A stretch of DNA of 64,000 nucleotides from Gammaproteobacteria bacterium (GTDB lineage: Bacteria > Pseudomonadota > Gammaproteobacteria > Eutrophobiales > Eutrophobiaceae), in NCBI GenBank assembly GCA_965601665.1, contig OZ271833.1:2146607-2210606 (forward strand), written 5' to 3'. The translations under genes were made by a program, and so were the position numbers. Below are positions 27,024-38,110 of this stretch, one piece after another (position 1 is the first letter of the stretch; the number at the start of each line of letters is the position of its first letter). The notes beneath the pieces were generated by a model. The model was not told the DNA's origin. It made no database searches and saw only the letters and a program-made list of their open reading frames with translations.

Positions 27024-29189
27024 CTATGCGGGTTGCAGGTTGGCATAGGCGGCGACCAGCCACTTACACCCCGCCTGCTCAAAGTTAACCTGAATCCGCA
27101 TGTGCCCACCACTGCCCTCAAGGTTAAGCACGACACCCTCTCCAAACTTGGCATGCGACACGCGCTGTCCCAGTGATAAACCACTCTTGTCGGTTTCGCT
27201 ACTGATATGCTGACGGCTAAATAAGGACTCAGTCACACTGCCACCAAGACGGATGTCATTAAGCAAACTCGATGGGATCTCGTCGATGAAACGTGATGGT
27301 GTTGGATAGTAATCCGAACCATGCAGGCGTCGGTGTTGGGCGTGGGTCATGGTCAGTCGCTGCTGGGCACGAGTGATGCCGACATAGCAAAGGCGGCGCT
27401 CCTCTTCCAGCTGCACCAGGTCTTCGCTGCTGCGTTGATGGGGAAACAACCCCTCTTCCATGCCAACCAGGAATACATCATTAAACTCCAGTCCCTTGGC
27501 AGAATGCAGCGTCATAAGGTGCACGCAGTCCGAGGCCTCGCTGGCCTGCGTTTCGCCTGATTCCAGTGCGGCATGCGCAAGAAAAGCGGACAAGGCATCC
27601 ATCTCAGCAAGCTCCTCATCATCACCAATCTCGAATTCCTGCGCAGCCGACACCAGTTCTTCCAGGTTTTCAATGCGCGCCTTGCCCTTCTCGCCCTTTT
27701 CTTTCTGGAAGTGTTGGATCAGTCCACTGAGCTTGATGACCTGATCGATGTGCTCGTTCAAAACTGTATCGGCCTGGGATTGCTGCATACGTTTTATCAG
27801 TTGCAGAAATTGCTCCAGCGCATTCAGGGCGCGGGCACTGAGTAATTTATGTTGCACAATATGCTCGGCGGCCTGCCACATCGAACACTGGTCCTGTCTT
27901 GCTACCTGACGTAACTCATCGATCGTGCGATTGCCGATACCTCGAGTTGGCGTATTCACAATACGCTCGAACGAGGCATCGTCGTCCTGGAAGCGGGTAA
28001 GACGCACATAGGCAAGTGCGTCCTTAATCTCTGCCCGTTCGTAGAATCGCATACCACCATATACCCGGTAAGGAATCGTCTCCCGCATTAATGCCTCTTC
28101 AATGACCCGAGACTGCGCGCTGACCCGGTACAGGATTGCATAATCCTTATAGGGTTTGCCTTGCTCTGGCGCTGAACGAATTTGATCAACAACGTAGCGG
28201 GCCTCGTCAGTCTCGTTATACGCCATGTATACCCCGATACGATCGCCATCTTCGCCCTCGGTCCAAAGGTCTTTACCGAGGCGTGCGTTATTATTGGCAA
28301 TCAACTCGTTGGCAGCCTTGAGGATGGTTGCCGTTGATCGATAGTTCTGCTGCAGTTTAAGCAATTGCACGTGCTTGAAATCCTGCTCAAAGGCCTGCAT
28401 GTTTTCCACCCGCGCACCACGCCAGCTATAAATCGACTGGTCATCATCACCAACGGCAAACAGCGTGTTTTTCTCGCCAACCAGCAGTCGCAACCATGCG
28501 TATTGCAACGCGTTGGTATCCTGGAATTCGTCTACCAGTACATGGCCAAAACGTTGCTGGTAATGTTCGCGTATCGATGCATGATCGCGAAACAGTTCGA
28601 ACGTGCGTAGCAACAGTTCAGCAAAATCAACAAGGCCGGAACGCTCACAGCTTTCCTGGTAGGCCTTGTAAATCCGGATCATTTGCGCCGTGGTGACATC
28701 TCCATGGTCATCAATCTTGTCCGGGCGCAGGCCGTCATCTTTCCTCGCGTTAATGAACCACTGCGCCTCACGCGGCGGGTATTGAGACTCGTCCAGTTGC
28801 ATGGATCGCACCACGCGCCGAACTGCGCGAAACTGGTCCTCGCTATCCAGTATCTGGAAGCTTTCCGGAAGGCCGGCCTCCTGCCAGTGTGCACGCAAGA
28901 ACCGATGCGCAAGGCCATGGAAGGTGCCTACCCACATCCCTTTAACTGACTGCCCCAGCAGCTTCTCAATGCGCGCACGCATCTCGGCGGCCGCCTTGTT
29001 GGTAAAAGTGACTGCCAGAATACTGTAAGGCGATGCCTGTCCTGTTTCTATATACCACGCAATGCGATGCACCAGCACCCGCGTTTTACCACTGCCGGCA
29101 CCGGCCAACACCAGCTTATTGCCAGTCTCGGCCGCCACGGCCTCGCGTTGTTCGCTGTTCAGGGAATCAAGAATATGGGATACATCCAT
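27024..29189 (-). CDS. uvrD: DNA helicase II (UvrD/Rep SF1 helicase)
   Basis: Start trimmed to MDVSHILDSLNSEQ. Motifs AGAGSGKT, TFTNKAA and VDEFQDTN are present. Confidence 0.9.
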   Translation of the reverse strand: MDVSHILDSLNSEQREAVAAETGNKLVLAGAGSGKTRVLVHRIAWYIETGQASPYSILAVTFTNKAAAEMRARIEKLLGQSVKGMWVGTFHGLAHRFLRAHWQEAGLPESFQILDSEDQFRAVRRVVRSMQLDESQYPPREAQWFINARKDDGLRPDKIDDHGDVTTAQMIRIYKAYQESCERSGLVDFAELLLRTFELFRDHASIREHYQQRFGHVLVDEFQDTNALQYAWLRLLVGEKNTLFAVGDDDQSIYSWRGARVENMQAFEQDFKHVQLLKLQQNYRSTATILKAANELIANNNARLGKDLWTEGEDGDRIGVYMAYNETDEARYVVDQIRSAPEQGKPYKDYAILYRVSAQSRVIEEALMRETIPYRVYGGMRFYERAEIKDALAYVRLTRFQDDDASFERIVNTPTRGIGNRTIDELRQVARQDQCSMWQAAEHIVQHKLLSARALNALEQFLQLIKRMQQSQADTVLNEHIDQVIKLSGLIQHFQKEKGEKGKARIENLEELVSAAQEFEIGDDEELAEMDALSAFLAHAALESGETQASEASDCVHLMTLHSAKGLEFNDVFLVGMEEGLFPHQRSSEDLVQLEEERRLCYVGITRAQQRLTMTHAQHRRLHGSDYYPTPSRFIDEIPSSLLNDIRLGGSVTESLFSRQHISSETDKSGLSLGQRVSHAKFGEGVVLNLEGSGGHMRIQVNFEQAGCKWLVAAYANLQPA

Positions 29190-29291
29190 GGAACAGATTG
29201 TACGCAAATGTATCTGACTATTAAATTGACACGCACGTTGACAGGCTTGAATGCTAGACTGTCACCTCGACATTACCCACAAACAGGAATT

Positions 29292-30641
29292 ATGGAAGCA
29301 ATTAGTACAACCGGCCTTAATGCCAAACGCGAGGAACTGGTAGCCATTATTGATAGCGTGCTGAAACGCGCTAGTGCACTTGGCGCCACGGCAGCCGAGG
29401 CGGACATTGGCGCAGGTTCAGGACTTACAGCCAATGTCCGCATGGGAGAAATCGACAAACTTGAGTTTGAGCGAGACAAGGGCCTCAGTGTGACGCTTTA
29501 TGTTAACGGTCAGAAAGGCAGCGCCAGCACCTCTGACTTCAGTTCGGCAGCGCTGGAAAAAACAGTAAACGCTGCCCTCAGCATCGCCCGCTATGCCAGC
29601 CATGACAAGTATGCAGGGCTGGTGGACGCCAGCGAAATGGCAGGAGACATACCCAATCTTGACCTGCATCATCCGTGGTCAATTTCGCCTGAACAGGCCA
29701 TTGATATGGCGAAGGAGTGTGAACAGCTCGCTTTTGACAAGGATAAGCGGATTACCAATGCGGATGGCACCGTTGTCAGTACCTATTCAGGTATCAACCT
29801 GTATGGAAACAGTCATGGTTTTATCGACGGCTGGGACTGGTCAGTGCACAGCATCGATTGCACCGTTATCGCTGAAGACGGCAACGGCATGCAGCGTGAT
29901 GGCTGGTACAGCAAGACCCGGGATCCCCGGGACCTGGAAGATATCAAGGCCATCAGTAGTGAAGCAGCCAGGCGCACGATTAATCGACTCGGGTCGCGCA
30001 AGCTGAGCACCCGTCAGGCGCCGGTTATCTTTGAGGCGCCGGTCGCTTCGGGATTGTTCTCCGCGCTGATTTCCGCAATTTCGGGTAACAGCCTGTATCG
30101 TCGGGCCAGTTTCATGCTCGATATGAAGGGTAAACCGGTGTGCGCTGATCACATTAACATCGGGGAACACCCGCATATGCTGAAGGCCATGGGCAGTGCG
30201 CCATTTGATAATGACGGTGTTGCAACGCGTGAACGCCCGATAGTCAGCAATGGTGTGCTACAGGACTATGTCCTTAGCGGCTACTCGGCAAGACGACTCG
30301 GCATGCAGACCACGGCCAATGCCGGCGGTGTGCATAACCTGATGGTTGAACCAGGACCCAATAACCTGCAGCAGATGCTAAAAGACATGGGCACCGGATT
30401 ATTGATCACCGATATGATTGGCTTTGGTGTTAACCAGGTTACCGGTGACTACTCGCGTGGTGCATCCGGCTTCTGGGTCGAAAATGGCGAACTGGCCTAC
30501 CCGGTTGAAGAGATTACTGTCGCTGGCAACCTGAAAGACATGTACATGAACATCGTACAGACAGGAAACGATATCGATACACGAGGTAATTATCGTTGCG
30601 GATCGGTATTGATTGAGAATATGACCATCGCTGGTGAGTAA
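29292..30641 (+). CDS. pmbA: Metalloprotease PmbA (TldE)
   Basis: Start trimmed to MEAISTTGLNAKREELV. TldD/PmbA family across the full length of about 450 aa. Confidence 0.85.
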   Translation: MEAISTTGLNAKREELVAIIDSVLKRASALGATAAEADIGAGSGLTANVRMGEIDKLEFERDKGLSVTLYVNGQKGSASTSDFSSAALEKTVNAALSIARYASHDKYAGLVDASEMAGDIPNLDLHHPWSISPEQAIDMAKECEQLAFDKDKRITNADGTVVSTYSGINLYGNSHGFIDGWDWSVHSIDCTVIAEDGNGMQRDGWYSKTRDPRDLEDIKAISSEAARRTINRLGSRKLSTRQAPVIFEAPVASGLFSALISAISGNSLYRRASFMLDMKGKPVCADHINIGEHPHMLKAMGSAPFDNDGVATRERPIVSNGVLQDYVLSGYSARRLGMQTTANAGGVHNLMVEPGPNNLQQMLKDMGTGLLITDMIGFGVNQVTGDYSRGASGFWVENGELAYPVEEITVAGNLKDMYMNIVQTGNDIDTRGNYRCGSVLIENMTIAGE

Positions 30642-30650
30642 TACTCAGCT

Positions 30651-31607
30651 ATGAACATGCAGGACGACAACAGCGCGCTGATTGACTCTGCGGTACAAAA
30701 GCTGGATGAGGTAATCAACAACGTCAATCGCATCATTCTCGGTAAGGACAAGGCAATACGACTATCGGTGTCATGCCTGCTGGCCAGAGGCCACCTGTTA
30801 ATTGAGGATACACCCGGGGTAGGAAAGACCACGTTGTCTCATACGCTTGCCAACGTCATGGGGCTTAGCTATCAGCGTATCCAGTTTACCAGCGACCTGT
30901 TGCCTGCCGATATCCTTGGTGTCTCCGTTTACAATCGGGACAGCAGTGGCTTTGACTTTCACCCAGGTCCTGTTTTCTCCAACGTTATCCTGGCTGATGA
31001 AATTAACCGTGCCACACCGCGCACACAAAGCGCGTTACTTGAAGCAATGGCCGAGTTCCAGGTCACTATAGAGGGCGAAACACGGAACCTGCCGGTTCCC
31101 TTTTTCGTCATCGCAACTCAAAACCCGATCAACCAGGTTGGTACATTTCCACTGCCAGAATCACAACTTGACCGTTTTCTTATGCGTATCGATCTTGGTT
31201 ACCCGGATACGATGGCAGAACGTGAACTGTTAAAAGGAAAAAATCGCAAGGAACTGATCGATGCACTGCCAGCGGTATTGTCCGGGCAGGAACTTGTCGC
31301 CTTGCAAAACCACATAGACTCAATTCATGTAGCAGATGCACTGCTTGATTACCTGCAAAACATACTGGAATACAGTCGCAACGCCGGATGCTACCTGCAC
31401 GGCTTATCACCGCGCGCTGGCTTGTCCATTCTTAACGCCGCAAGAGCATGGGCCATGCTGCATAGCCATGAACATGTCATGCCCGAGGACATACAGGCCG
31501 TTTTACCAAGTGTGACAGGCCACCGACTTCAGTACAGTCATGATACCGATAATGATCCGGCATTAACGCCGGCCCAGCATTTGATAAACAACGTCGCAAT
31601 ACCCTGA
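30651..31607 (+). CDS. MoxR-family AAA+ ATPase
   Basis: Walker A EDTPGVGKTT, Walker B ILADEINRA, and sensor 1 ATQNP. Confidence 0.85.
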   Translation: MNMQDDNSALIDSAVQKLDEVINNVNRIILGKDKAIRLSVSCLLARGHLLIEDTPGVGKTTLSHTLANVMGLSYQRIQFTSDLLPADILGVSVYNRDSSGFDFHPGPVFSNVILADEINRATPRTQSALLEAMAEFQVTIEGETRNLPVPFFVIATQNPINQVGTFPLPESQLDRFLMRIDLGYPDTMAERELLKGKNRKELIDALPAVLSGQELVALQNHIDSIHVADALLDYLQNILEYSRNAGCYLHGLSPRAGLSILNAARAWAMLHSHEHVMPEDIQAVLPSVTGHRLQYSHDTDNDPALTPAQHLINNVAIP

Positions 31608-31609
31608 TC

Positions 31610-32587
31610 ATGGCTACGTCTGTAGTACTGGAACGTGTTCAACGTGATAAAACCGGCACTACGGGATTCAATACTGAACAACTGACACGGCAGCGCGTTT
31701 ATATCTTTCCAACCGCACAGGGCTGGGTCTACGCGCTAATGCTGGTCGTGATGCTGTTGGGTGCGATCAATTACAGCAATAGCATGGCCTTCATGCTGTG
31801 TTTCCTGCTAACAGGGCTCGGCATTGTGTGCATGTTGCACACTTACCGCAATCTTGCCGGGCTTGTCATCACCGCGCACAAACCTGATGCAGTTTTTCAA
31901 GGCCAGACGGCACAGTTCCCCATTCAAGTCGATAACAGGCCCGGGCAGGACAGGTTTGGTCTCACCCTGAAGCGAAAGTCCAGGCAAAAGAAAATAGATG
32001 CGAACCCGGGCAACCAGTTCAGTGTCGACGCCGGGCAGCAACAACAGGTGTTGTTCCCGGTGCCGACGACGAGGCGTGGCCGCATCTATGCGGGACAGTT
32101 GATCATTGAAACCCGCTTTCCACTCGGTATCTTTAGGGCATGGTCGCAAATCAACCCTGAACAGGATTGCGTGGTATATCCGCAAGCGACAGGACAGAGG
32201 TTGTTACCGGAACATTCGCAACTCGAGGAAGAACTCGAGCTTGGCAACAAGACGGGTACTGATGACTTTGCCGGCTTCAGGAAATACCGGCCGGGTGATG
32301 CAACGCGTTCGATAGCCTGGAAGGCCTTTGCCCGTGAACAAGGGCTGCATGTTAAACAATTCAGCGGTAGCGGTAGCGAAACCCTTGTTTTTGAATGGGA
32401 GGATGTGTCATTCCTCGATCAAATTGAAGCGCGCCTGTCACAACTTTGCCTGTGGATACTGATTGCTGATGATAGCGGCTTGCAATACGGCTTGAATATA
32501 CCCGGTGTTGAAATAGAACCCGGGGCGGGCGAGCAACACCGTCACCAGTGTCTGGAAAAACTCGCACTGTTCGGGAGCGCTGAATGA
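31610..32587 (+). CDS. DUF58 domain protein (MoxR partner)
   Basis: N-terminal TM pair plus a DUF58-type region. The start is 3 nt after the moxR stop. Confidence 0.7.
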   Translation: MATSVVLERVQRDKTGTTGFNTEQLTRQRVYIFPTAQGWVYALMLVVMLLGAINYSNSMAFMLCFLLTGLGIVCMLHTYRNLAGLVITAHKPDAVFQGQTAQFPIQVDNRPGQDRFGLTLKRKSRQKKIDANPGNQFSVDAGQQQQVLFPVPTTRRGRIYAGQLIIETRFPLGIFRAWSQINPEQDCVVYPQATGQRLLPEHSQLEEELELGNKTGTDDFAGFRKYRPGDATRSIAWKAFAREQGLHVKQFSGSGSETLVFEWEDVSFLDQIEARLSQLCLWILIADDSGLQYGLNIPGVEIEPGAGEQHRHQCLEKLALFGSAE

Positions 32588-34563
32588 AGACAAATGCGCT
32601 TGGCGTCGACAGCATTAGCTGGCTTGCCGCCGGCATTGTACTGGCGGGTTTACCACACTGGGAACGCCTGCCCGTGTGGATACCCGTTTTGCACCTGCTA
32701 CTGATAGGCAGTCGCATCTATGTACCATGGAAATACCCGCGTTACTGGGAGAGCCAGCAGACACTCTTAAACATTATTCGATTGCTGGTCATGTTTGGTG
32801 GCGTCATCGGTGTATATAGCACATACGGCACTTTTGCCGGTCGTGATGTGGGCATTACGCTGCTGGTTTTACTTTCCGCGCTAAAGGTCTTCGAAAGTCA
32901 TAACGAACGTGACTACTATGTCTGCGCCTACCTTGGATACTTTCTTGTCATTACAAATTTCTTTTATCAACAAACGATTCCGACCGCTGTTTATATGTTT
33001 GTCGTTGTGATCATTATGACCACCAGTCTGATTGGCTTTAATGATTCAGATAAACGCATGACCGTGACAAAGAAAACCCGGCTGGCATTTAACATGCTAA
33101 TCCAGGCGATGCCATTATTACTTATCCTGTTCATTTTGTTTCCGCGTATAGACGGTCCATTGTGGGGGTTACCTGAAGACGCATTTAACTCCGTCACGGG
33201 TATCGATGATCAAATGACACCGGGTTCAATCAGTAAACTGAGTCAATCGGGCGAGATTGCCTTTCGCGTAAAGTTCGATGGTGAGATACCGGATCCCGCG
33301 CAACTATACTGGCGCGGCCCTGTACTCTGGCAAACAGACGGACGTAAATGGACCCGCGGCGCAGGCAGCCGTTCTGAAGAACAGGTCAAACTGGAATACC
33401 TGGGCGAGGCCGTGCGTTATAACCAGATGCTGGAACCAACCAACAAGAAATGGATTTTTCCATTGGAAATGGCAGCCGACACCCCGGTTAACACCTATTT
33501 CACTTACGATATGCAGTTAAAGTCCAGAGACACCATACAATCGAGAAAGGCCTTTGATGTCGTTTCTTATACAGACTATAAAATGTATGAATCTTCAAGG
33601 AATAATTTACTCAAGGCCCTGGCCCTGCCGGAACTGTATCACCAGAAAAGCCGCGCCCTGGGCGTGGAGCTGCGTGAACGCTACCAGCAGCCTGAGAAGA
33701 TAGTTGAAGCGACGCTGGCCTGGTTCAGCGAACAGAATTTTAGTTACACGCTGCAACCACCGCTCAGCATCGGCGACACGATTGATGAGTTTCTATTCGA
33801 GAACCAACAGGGTTTTTGCGAACACTACGCCGCCGCGTTTACGGTATTGATGCGATCTGCCGGCATCCCGGCGCGCGTTGTTGCCGGTTACCAGGGCGGT
33901 GAGATAAATCCTGTCGGTAACTACCTTGTTGTACGCCAGTATCATGCCCATGCATGGACAGAAGTCTGGTTGGAAGACAAGGGATGGATGCGAATTGATC
34001 CAACACGCGCGGTGTCGCCGAACCGCATCGATCGAGGTATAGAACAGGTACTTCCGGATGAGATTGCCAGCGTTGTGCCATTGGGGATGAGCAACAACCG
34101 GTTGATGACGCAACTCTGGCAAAAACTACGCAACGCGGTAGACAACATTAATTACCAGTGGGCGCAGTGGGTACTGGGTTACGGACCAGAAAAACAGAAA
34201 CAGCTGATGCAATTACTCGGGCTGGGACTGGTGGACTGGAAAAAATTGACCATCATTTTGTTTGCAATACTATCAGTAGCTGTGGTCGGTCTGACTGTTT
34301 ATGTCCTTTCACGTAAAACAGAAACAACGGATCCCGCCCGTGCAGCCTATGATCTTTATTGCCGGAAACTGGCGCGCCTTGGGCTGGCGCGCAGGAATGC
34401 AGAGGGACCGGATGCCTTTGCACTGCGTGTCAAGCAAACACGGCAGGACCTGGCAACTGAAGTAGACAGGATAACGGCTTTATATGTCGCCGTGCGCTAT
34501 CGCTCACAACAGGCAAGGCTGGGTGAACTACAACAGGCCAGCAAGGGATTCAAACCGGCATGA
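32584..34563 (+). CDS. tgpA: Transglutaminase-like membrane protein (TgpA-like: DUF3488 N-domain plus transglutaminase core)
   Basis: Polytopic N-terminus, transglutaminase core GFCEHYAAAFTVLMRSAGIPARVVAGY, and a C-terminal TM helix. Overlaps the DUF58 gene by 4 nt. Confidence 0.8.
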   Translation: MKTNALGVDSISWLAAGIVLAGLPHWERLPVWIPVLHLLLIGSRIYVPWKYPRYWESQQTLLNIIRLLVMFGGVIGVYSTYGTFAGRDVGITLLVLLSALKVFESHNERDYYVCAYLGYFLVITNFFYQQTIPTAVYMFVVVIIMTTSLIGFNDSDKRMTVTKKTRLAFNMLIQAMPLLLILFILFPRIDGPLWGLPEDAFNSVTGIDDQMTPGSISKLSQSGEIAFRVKFDGEIPDPAQLYWRGPVLWQTDGRKWTRGAGSRSEEQVKLEYLGEAVRYNQMLEPTNKKWIFPLEMAADTPVNTYFTYDMQLKSRDTIQSRKAFDVVSYTDYKMYESSRNNLLKALALPELYHQKSRALGVELRERYQQPEKIVEATLAWFSEQNFSYTLQPPLSIGDTIDEFLFENQQGFCEHYAAAFTVLMRSAGIPARVVAGYQGGEINPVGNYLVVRQYHAHAWTEVWLEDKGWMRIDPTRAVSPNRIDRGIEQVLPDEIASVVPLGMSNNRLMTQLWQKLRNAVDNINYQWAQWVLGYGPEKQKQLMQLLGLGLVDWKKLTIILFAILSVAVVGLTVYVLSRKTETTDPARAAYDLYCRKLARLGLARRNAEGPDAFALRVKQTRQDLATEVDRITALYVAVRYRSQQARLGELQQASKGFKPA

Positions 34564-34569
34564 CAACAG

Positions 34570-36408
34570 TTAACCTGTCACCGCATCTACACCGGTTCGG
34601 GGTGCAGTAAACTTGACCTGGTGCAGGCGGGCATAATGCTTGTTTAGTTTCAGCAATTCATCATGTCGCCCCTGCTCTACAATCCTGCCTTTATCCATGA
34701 CAATAATCCTGTCAGCGTTTTCTATTGTCGATAATCGATGGGCGATAATGAGGCACGTGCGACCTTTCTTGACGTTTTCCAGTGCGTCCTGGATATGCCT
34801 TTCTGACTTGGTGTCGAGTGCAGACGTCGCTTCATCAAGGATTAATAAACGCGCATCTTTCAATAAGGCACGGGCTATGGCAAGACGCTGCCGCTGACCG
34901 CCGGAAAGTCGCGTCCCGTCTTCGCCAACCAGGGTATCCATTTTCTCTGGTAGCTGATCGATAAAATCCATCGCAAACGCATCTGCCGCCGCCTTTCTAA
35001 TCGCCGCGTCATCGGCACCCTGTAGATCACCATAGGCAATATTATTGCGTACCGAATCATTAAACAGGATGACTTCCTGGCTGACATAGGCGATATGTTT
35101 TCGTAACGATACCAGCGACAGTTCACGAATATCGTTATCATCATAAAGAATGCTGCCATGTTGTGGCTCATAAAAGCGGGGAATAAGGTTAGCCAGCGTG
35201 GATTTGCCACTGCCTGATTCGCCCACCAGCGCCACTGTCTCACCCGGGGCAATGGTAAAGCTGATGTCATTGAGTGCATTCTGTTCTGACAATTCGTACC
35301 TGAAACTGACATCACGAAACTCAATCTTGCCTGTTGGATTATTTAACTGTTTGCTGCCCGTGTCTCTCTCCTGTTCGGTATCCAGTAAGGTGAACACGCT
35401 ATCGCAGGCGGCAAGCCCTTTCTGTATGTGTTCATTAATACCAGCGAGTCGCTTTAATGGATCCATTAGCATCGCCATTGCTGCAAAAAACGAGGCAAAG
35501 TCGCCGACAGTCAGGTTTTCCTCTATTGCCTGCCTGGTTGCGATGGCAACGATAAGCGCAATAAAAATAGCGGTGATAAACTGTACTGATGGACTACTGG
35601 CCTGGGCAGTAAAAATCTGCTTGTTATTGAATTGACGATGCTTGTTGGCGCTGTAAAAAAAACGCTTTTTTTCGTTCTTTACTCCACCGTATAACTTGAT
35701 AATTTTTTTTGCATCCAGCGCTTCAGCAAGCACATGATGCAGGTCTGCCATCGCTTCCTGTACATGATGGCTCATCTTGCGCAGGCGTTTTCTGATCATC
35801 GAGATTACGCCCGCCATCATGGGCGCACCCAGTAAACTGATCGATGCCAGGAACCAGTCTATGTAAAACATCCATACGAGCAGACCAACCACTGTCAGTG
35901 CATCACGTACAAGTGTATTGATGACCGTGGTTGATGCCTGCTGTATCTGCAGAACATCGAACGTAAAACGCGAAATGATGGTACCGGAACGACTGTTGTC
36001 GTAATAGCGAAGCGGACATTCAATCAAGCGGTTAAACATTTCCAGACGCAGGTCCATGATGACCCTTGATCCCACCCACTGCAGGGCCGTGTTACCCACA
36101 TAGGCTGCGACACCACGAATAAAAAACAAGCCAACGAACAGCCAGGGCATAATAGCAATCGTATCCGGGTCCTTGTTCACCACGGCACCATCAAGCAATG
36201 GCTGCATTAATGCGGGCAATGCCGGCGCCGTTAACGCAAGGATTGCCATTGCAATGATGGACAACAGGAACGTTTTCCAGAAAGGCAGCACGTAACCCAA
36301 CAGTCTGCGATACAATGAAAAATCGTCAGATATAGTTGGGCTCAAATTATTCTCCTTGTAAATCAGAGTTTTATATGGCTTATAATGCCTACAGCATGAA
36401 TCAAGCAC
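34570..36408 (-). CDS. ABC transporter permease/ATPase fusion, MsbA-like exporter
   Basis: Six-TM N-terminal half. Walker A GESGSGKST, signature LSGGQRQRLAIARAL, Walker B LILDEATS. The precise start is uncertain. Confidence 0.8.
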   Translation of the reverse strand: MLDSCCRHYKPYKTLIYKENNLSPTISDDFSLYRRLLGYVLPFWKTFLLSIIAMAILALTAPALPALMQPLLDGAVVNKDPDTIAIMPWLFVGLFFIRGVAAYVGNTALQWVGSRVIMDLRLEMFNRLIECPLRYYDNSRSGTIISRFTFDVLQIQQASTTVINTLVRDALTVVGLLVWMFYIDWFLASISLLGAPMMAGVISMIRKRLRKMSHHVQEAMADLHHVLAEALDAKKIIKLYGGVKNEKKRFFYSANKHRQFNNKQIFTAQASSPSVQFITAIFIALIVAIATRQAIEENLTVGDFASFFAAMAMLMDPLKRLAGINEHIQKGLAACDSVFTLLDTEQERDTGSKQLNNPTGKIEFRDVSFRYELSEQNALNDISFTIAPGETVALVGESGSGKSTLANLIPRFYEPQHGSILYDDNDIRELSLVSLRKHIAYVSQEVILFNDSVRNNIAYGDLQGADDAAIRKAAADAFAMDFIDQLPEKMDTLVGEDGTRLSGGQRQRLAIARALLKDARLLILDEATSALDTKSERHIQDALENVKKGRTCLIIAHRLSTIENADRIIVMDKGRIVEQGRHDELLKLNKHYARLHQVKFTAPRTGVDAVTG

Positions 36409-36471
36409 AAGTTGCCGGCATGGGTATTTGCAGGGCAGCTCAAAATCAGCCTAGAGGATAAGTGATATACC

Positions 36472-37347
36472 ATGTCAGTGAAACATCCCATCGTTGCCGT
36501 GACCGGCTCATCCGGTGCAGGCACCAGTGCAGTCAAGGATGCGTTTCAATACATCTTTAACAAGCACAACATCGATGCCGCGGTTATCGAGGGCGATTGC
36601 TTTCACAAGTATAACCGTATTGAAATGGAATACCTCAGCCGCGAAGCACACGAGCAGGGATACAACCTCACGCACTTTGGGCCCGAAGGTAACCTGTTTG
36701 AAGAACTGGAAAGCGTATTTAAAAATTACAGTGAGAATGGCGCCGGCAAGCGCCGATACTATATCCATGACGCGCGAGAAGCACAGCAACATGGTTCACC
36801 ACCGGGCACGCTTACCGAATGGGAGCCGCTACCTGAAGATACTGATTTATTATTTTACGAGGGATTACATGGCAGCGTTGTGGCCGACAAGATTAATGTC
36901 GCACAGTATGTCGATCTGCTGATTGGTGTGACGCCGATTATCAACCTGGAATGGATGCAGAAAATTCACCGGGATCGGGAAATTCGTGGCTACAGCGCTG
37001 AAGACGCGACTAATTTAATTCTCGACAGGATGCATGACTACGTGCATTACATTACCCCACAGTTCTCCAATACCGATATTAATTTTCAGCGCGTTCCGAC
37101 CATTGATACGTCAAATCCCTTTGCCGCCACGTATATACCAAGCAACGATGAGAGTTTCATGGTTATTCATATCCGCAATACAGACAAGATTAAATGTGAT
37201 TATCGTCACCTGCTGGAGATGCTGGACGGCGCCATGATGTCCAGTCCGGAAACCATTATTGTGCCGGCTGGCAAGATGGTATTTGCCATGCAATTGATCC
37301 TGACCCCCGTCATCACCAAACTGATGGCCGAAAAAACCCGCTCATAG
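36472..37347 (+). CDS. prk: Phosphoribulokinase
   Basis: PIVAVTGSSGAGTS P-loop and full-length similarity to bacterial PRK (CbbP/PrkB), 291 aa. Confidence 0.85.
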   Translation: MSVKHPIVAVTGSSGAGTSAVKDAFQYIFNKHNIDAAVIEGDCFHKYNRIEMEYLSREAHEQGYNLTHFGPEGNLFEELESVFKNYSENGAGKRRYYIHDAREAQQHGSPPGTLTEWEPLPEDTDLLFYEGLHGSVVADKINVAQYVDLLIGVTPIINLEWMQKIHRDREIRGYSAEDATNLILDRMHDYVHYITPQFSNTDINFQRVPTIDTSNPFAATYIPSNDESFMVIHIRNTDKIKCDYRHLLEMLDGAMMSSPETIIVPAGKMVFAMQLILTPVITKLMAEKTRS

Positions 37348-37420
37348 GGATCTTGGGCATGAAATTTTCCTGTTTTTTCTATACCATGCGCGTCTCATCA
37401 CACACTGATACACTAACCTG

Positions 37421-38080
37421 ATGCGTACTATCGTTGTTTTAAATCCCAAAGGCGGATGTGGCAAAAGCACACTGGCTACCAATATAGCCAGCTTTTTTGC
37501 CATGCATGACCAGAAAGTGACACTGGCTGATTGTGATCCACAGGGCTCCAGTGAGGATTGGCTCGCGGTTCGCCCGTCAAACTATAAACAGATAAACAGT
37601 GCACCCCTATCCGGCAACTCATTACAAATACCGCAAGACACCGAGGTATTGATTTTCGATACGCCGGCAGCAGTGGATGACGAACGCCTGAAAAAATTTC
37701 TCAGTCAGGCACAGACCATGGTTATGCCTGTTATTGCTTCACCGGTAGATATGCGCGCCGCTGAACGTTTTATCAAGGAATTGTTCTCCCTAAAGGGAAC
37801 GATCAATAACAAGATCAAGATTGCGACGGTGGCAAATCGGGTCAGGGAAGATACCTTGATTGCAGCACAACTGGAACACTACTTACAAAGTATTAAATTA
37901 CCCAATGGTAAAAAATTACCATTTATGACCATGCTCAGGCAAAGTCAGAATTACATCAGGGCTGCTGAACAAGGTATCAGCATTTTTGAACTTCCACCGC
38001 ATAAGACTTATTACGATAGAGAACAATGGGACCCATTGTTACGCTGGCTTACCAGTAGTAAAAGCCTGCCCGCAAACTAG
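37421..38080 (+). CDS. Small ParA/MinD-family ATPase (orphan, no parB)
   Basis: Deviant Walker A NPKGGCGKST, 219 aa. No partner partition gene is adjacent. Confidence 0.75.
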   Translation: MRTIVVLNPKGGCGKSTLATNIASFFAMHDQKVTLADCDPQGSSEDWLAVRPSNYKQINSAPLSGNSLQIPQDTEVLIFDTPAAVDDERLKKFLSQAQTMVMPVIASPVDMRAAERFIKELFSLKGTINNKIKIATVANRVREDTLIAAQLEHYLQSIKLPNGKKLPFMTMLRQSQNYIRAAEQGISIFELPPHKTYYDREQWDPLLRWLTSSKSLPAN

Positions 38081-38110
38081 ACTTTTTTTAACAATCAGTA
38101 CCTTTTACCT

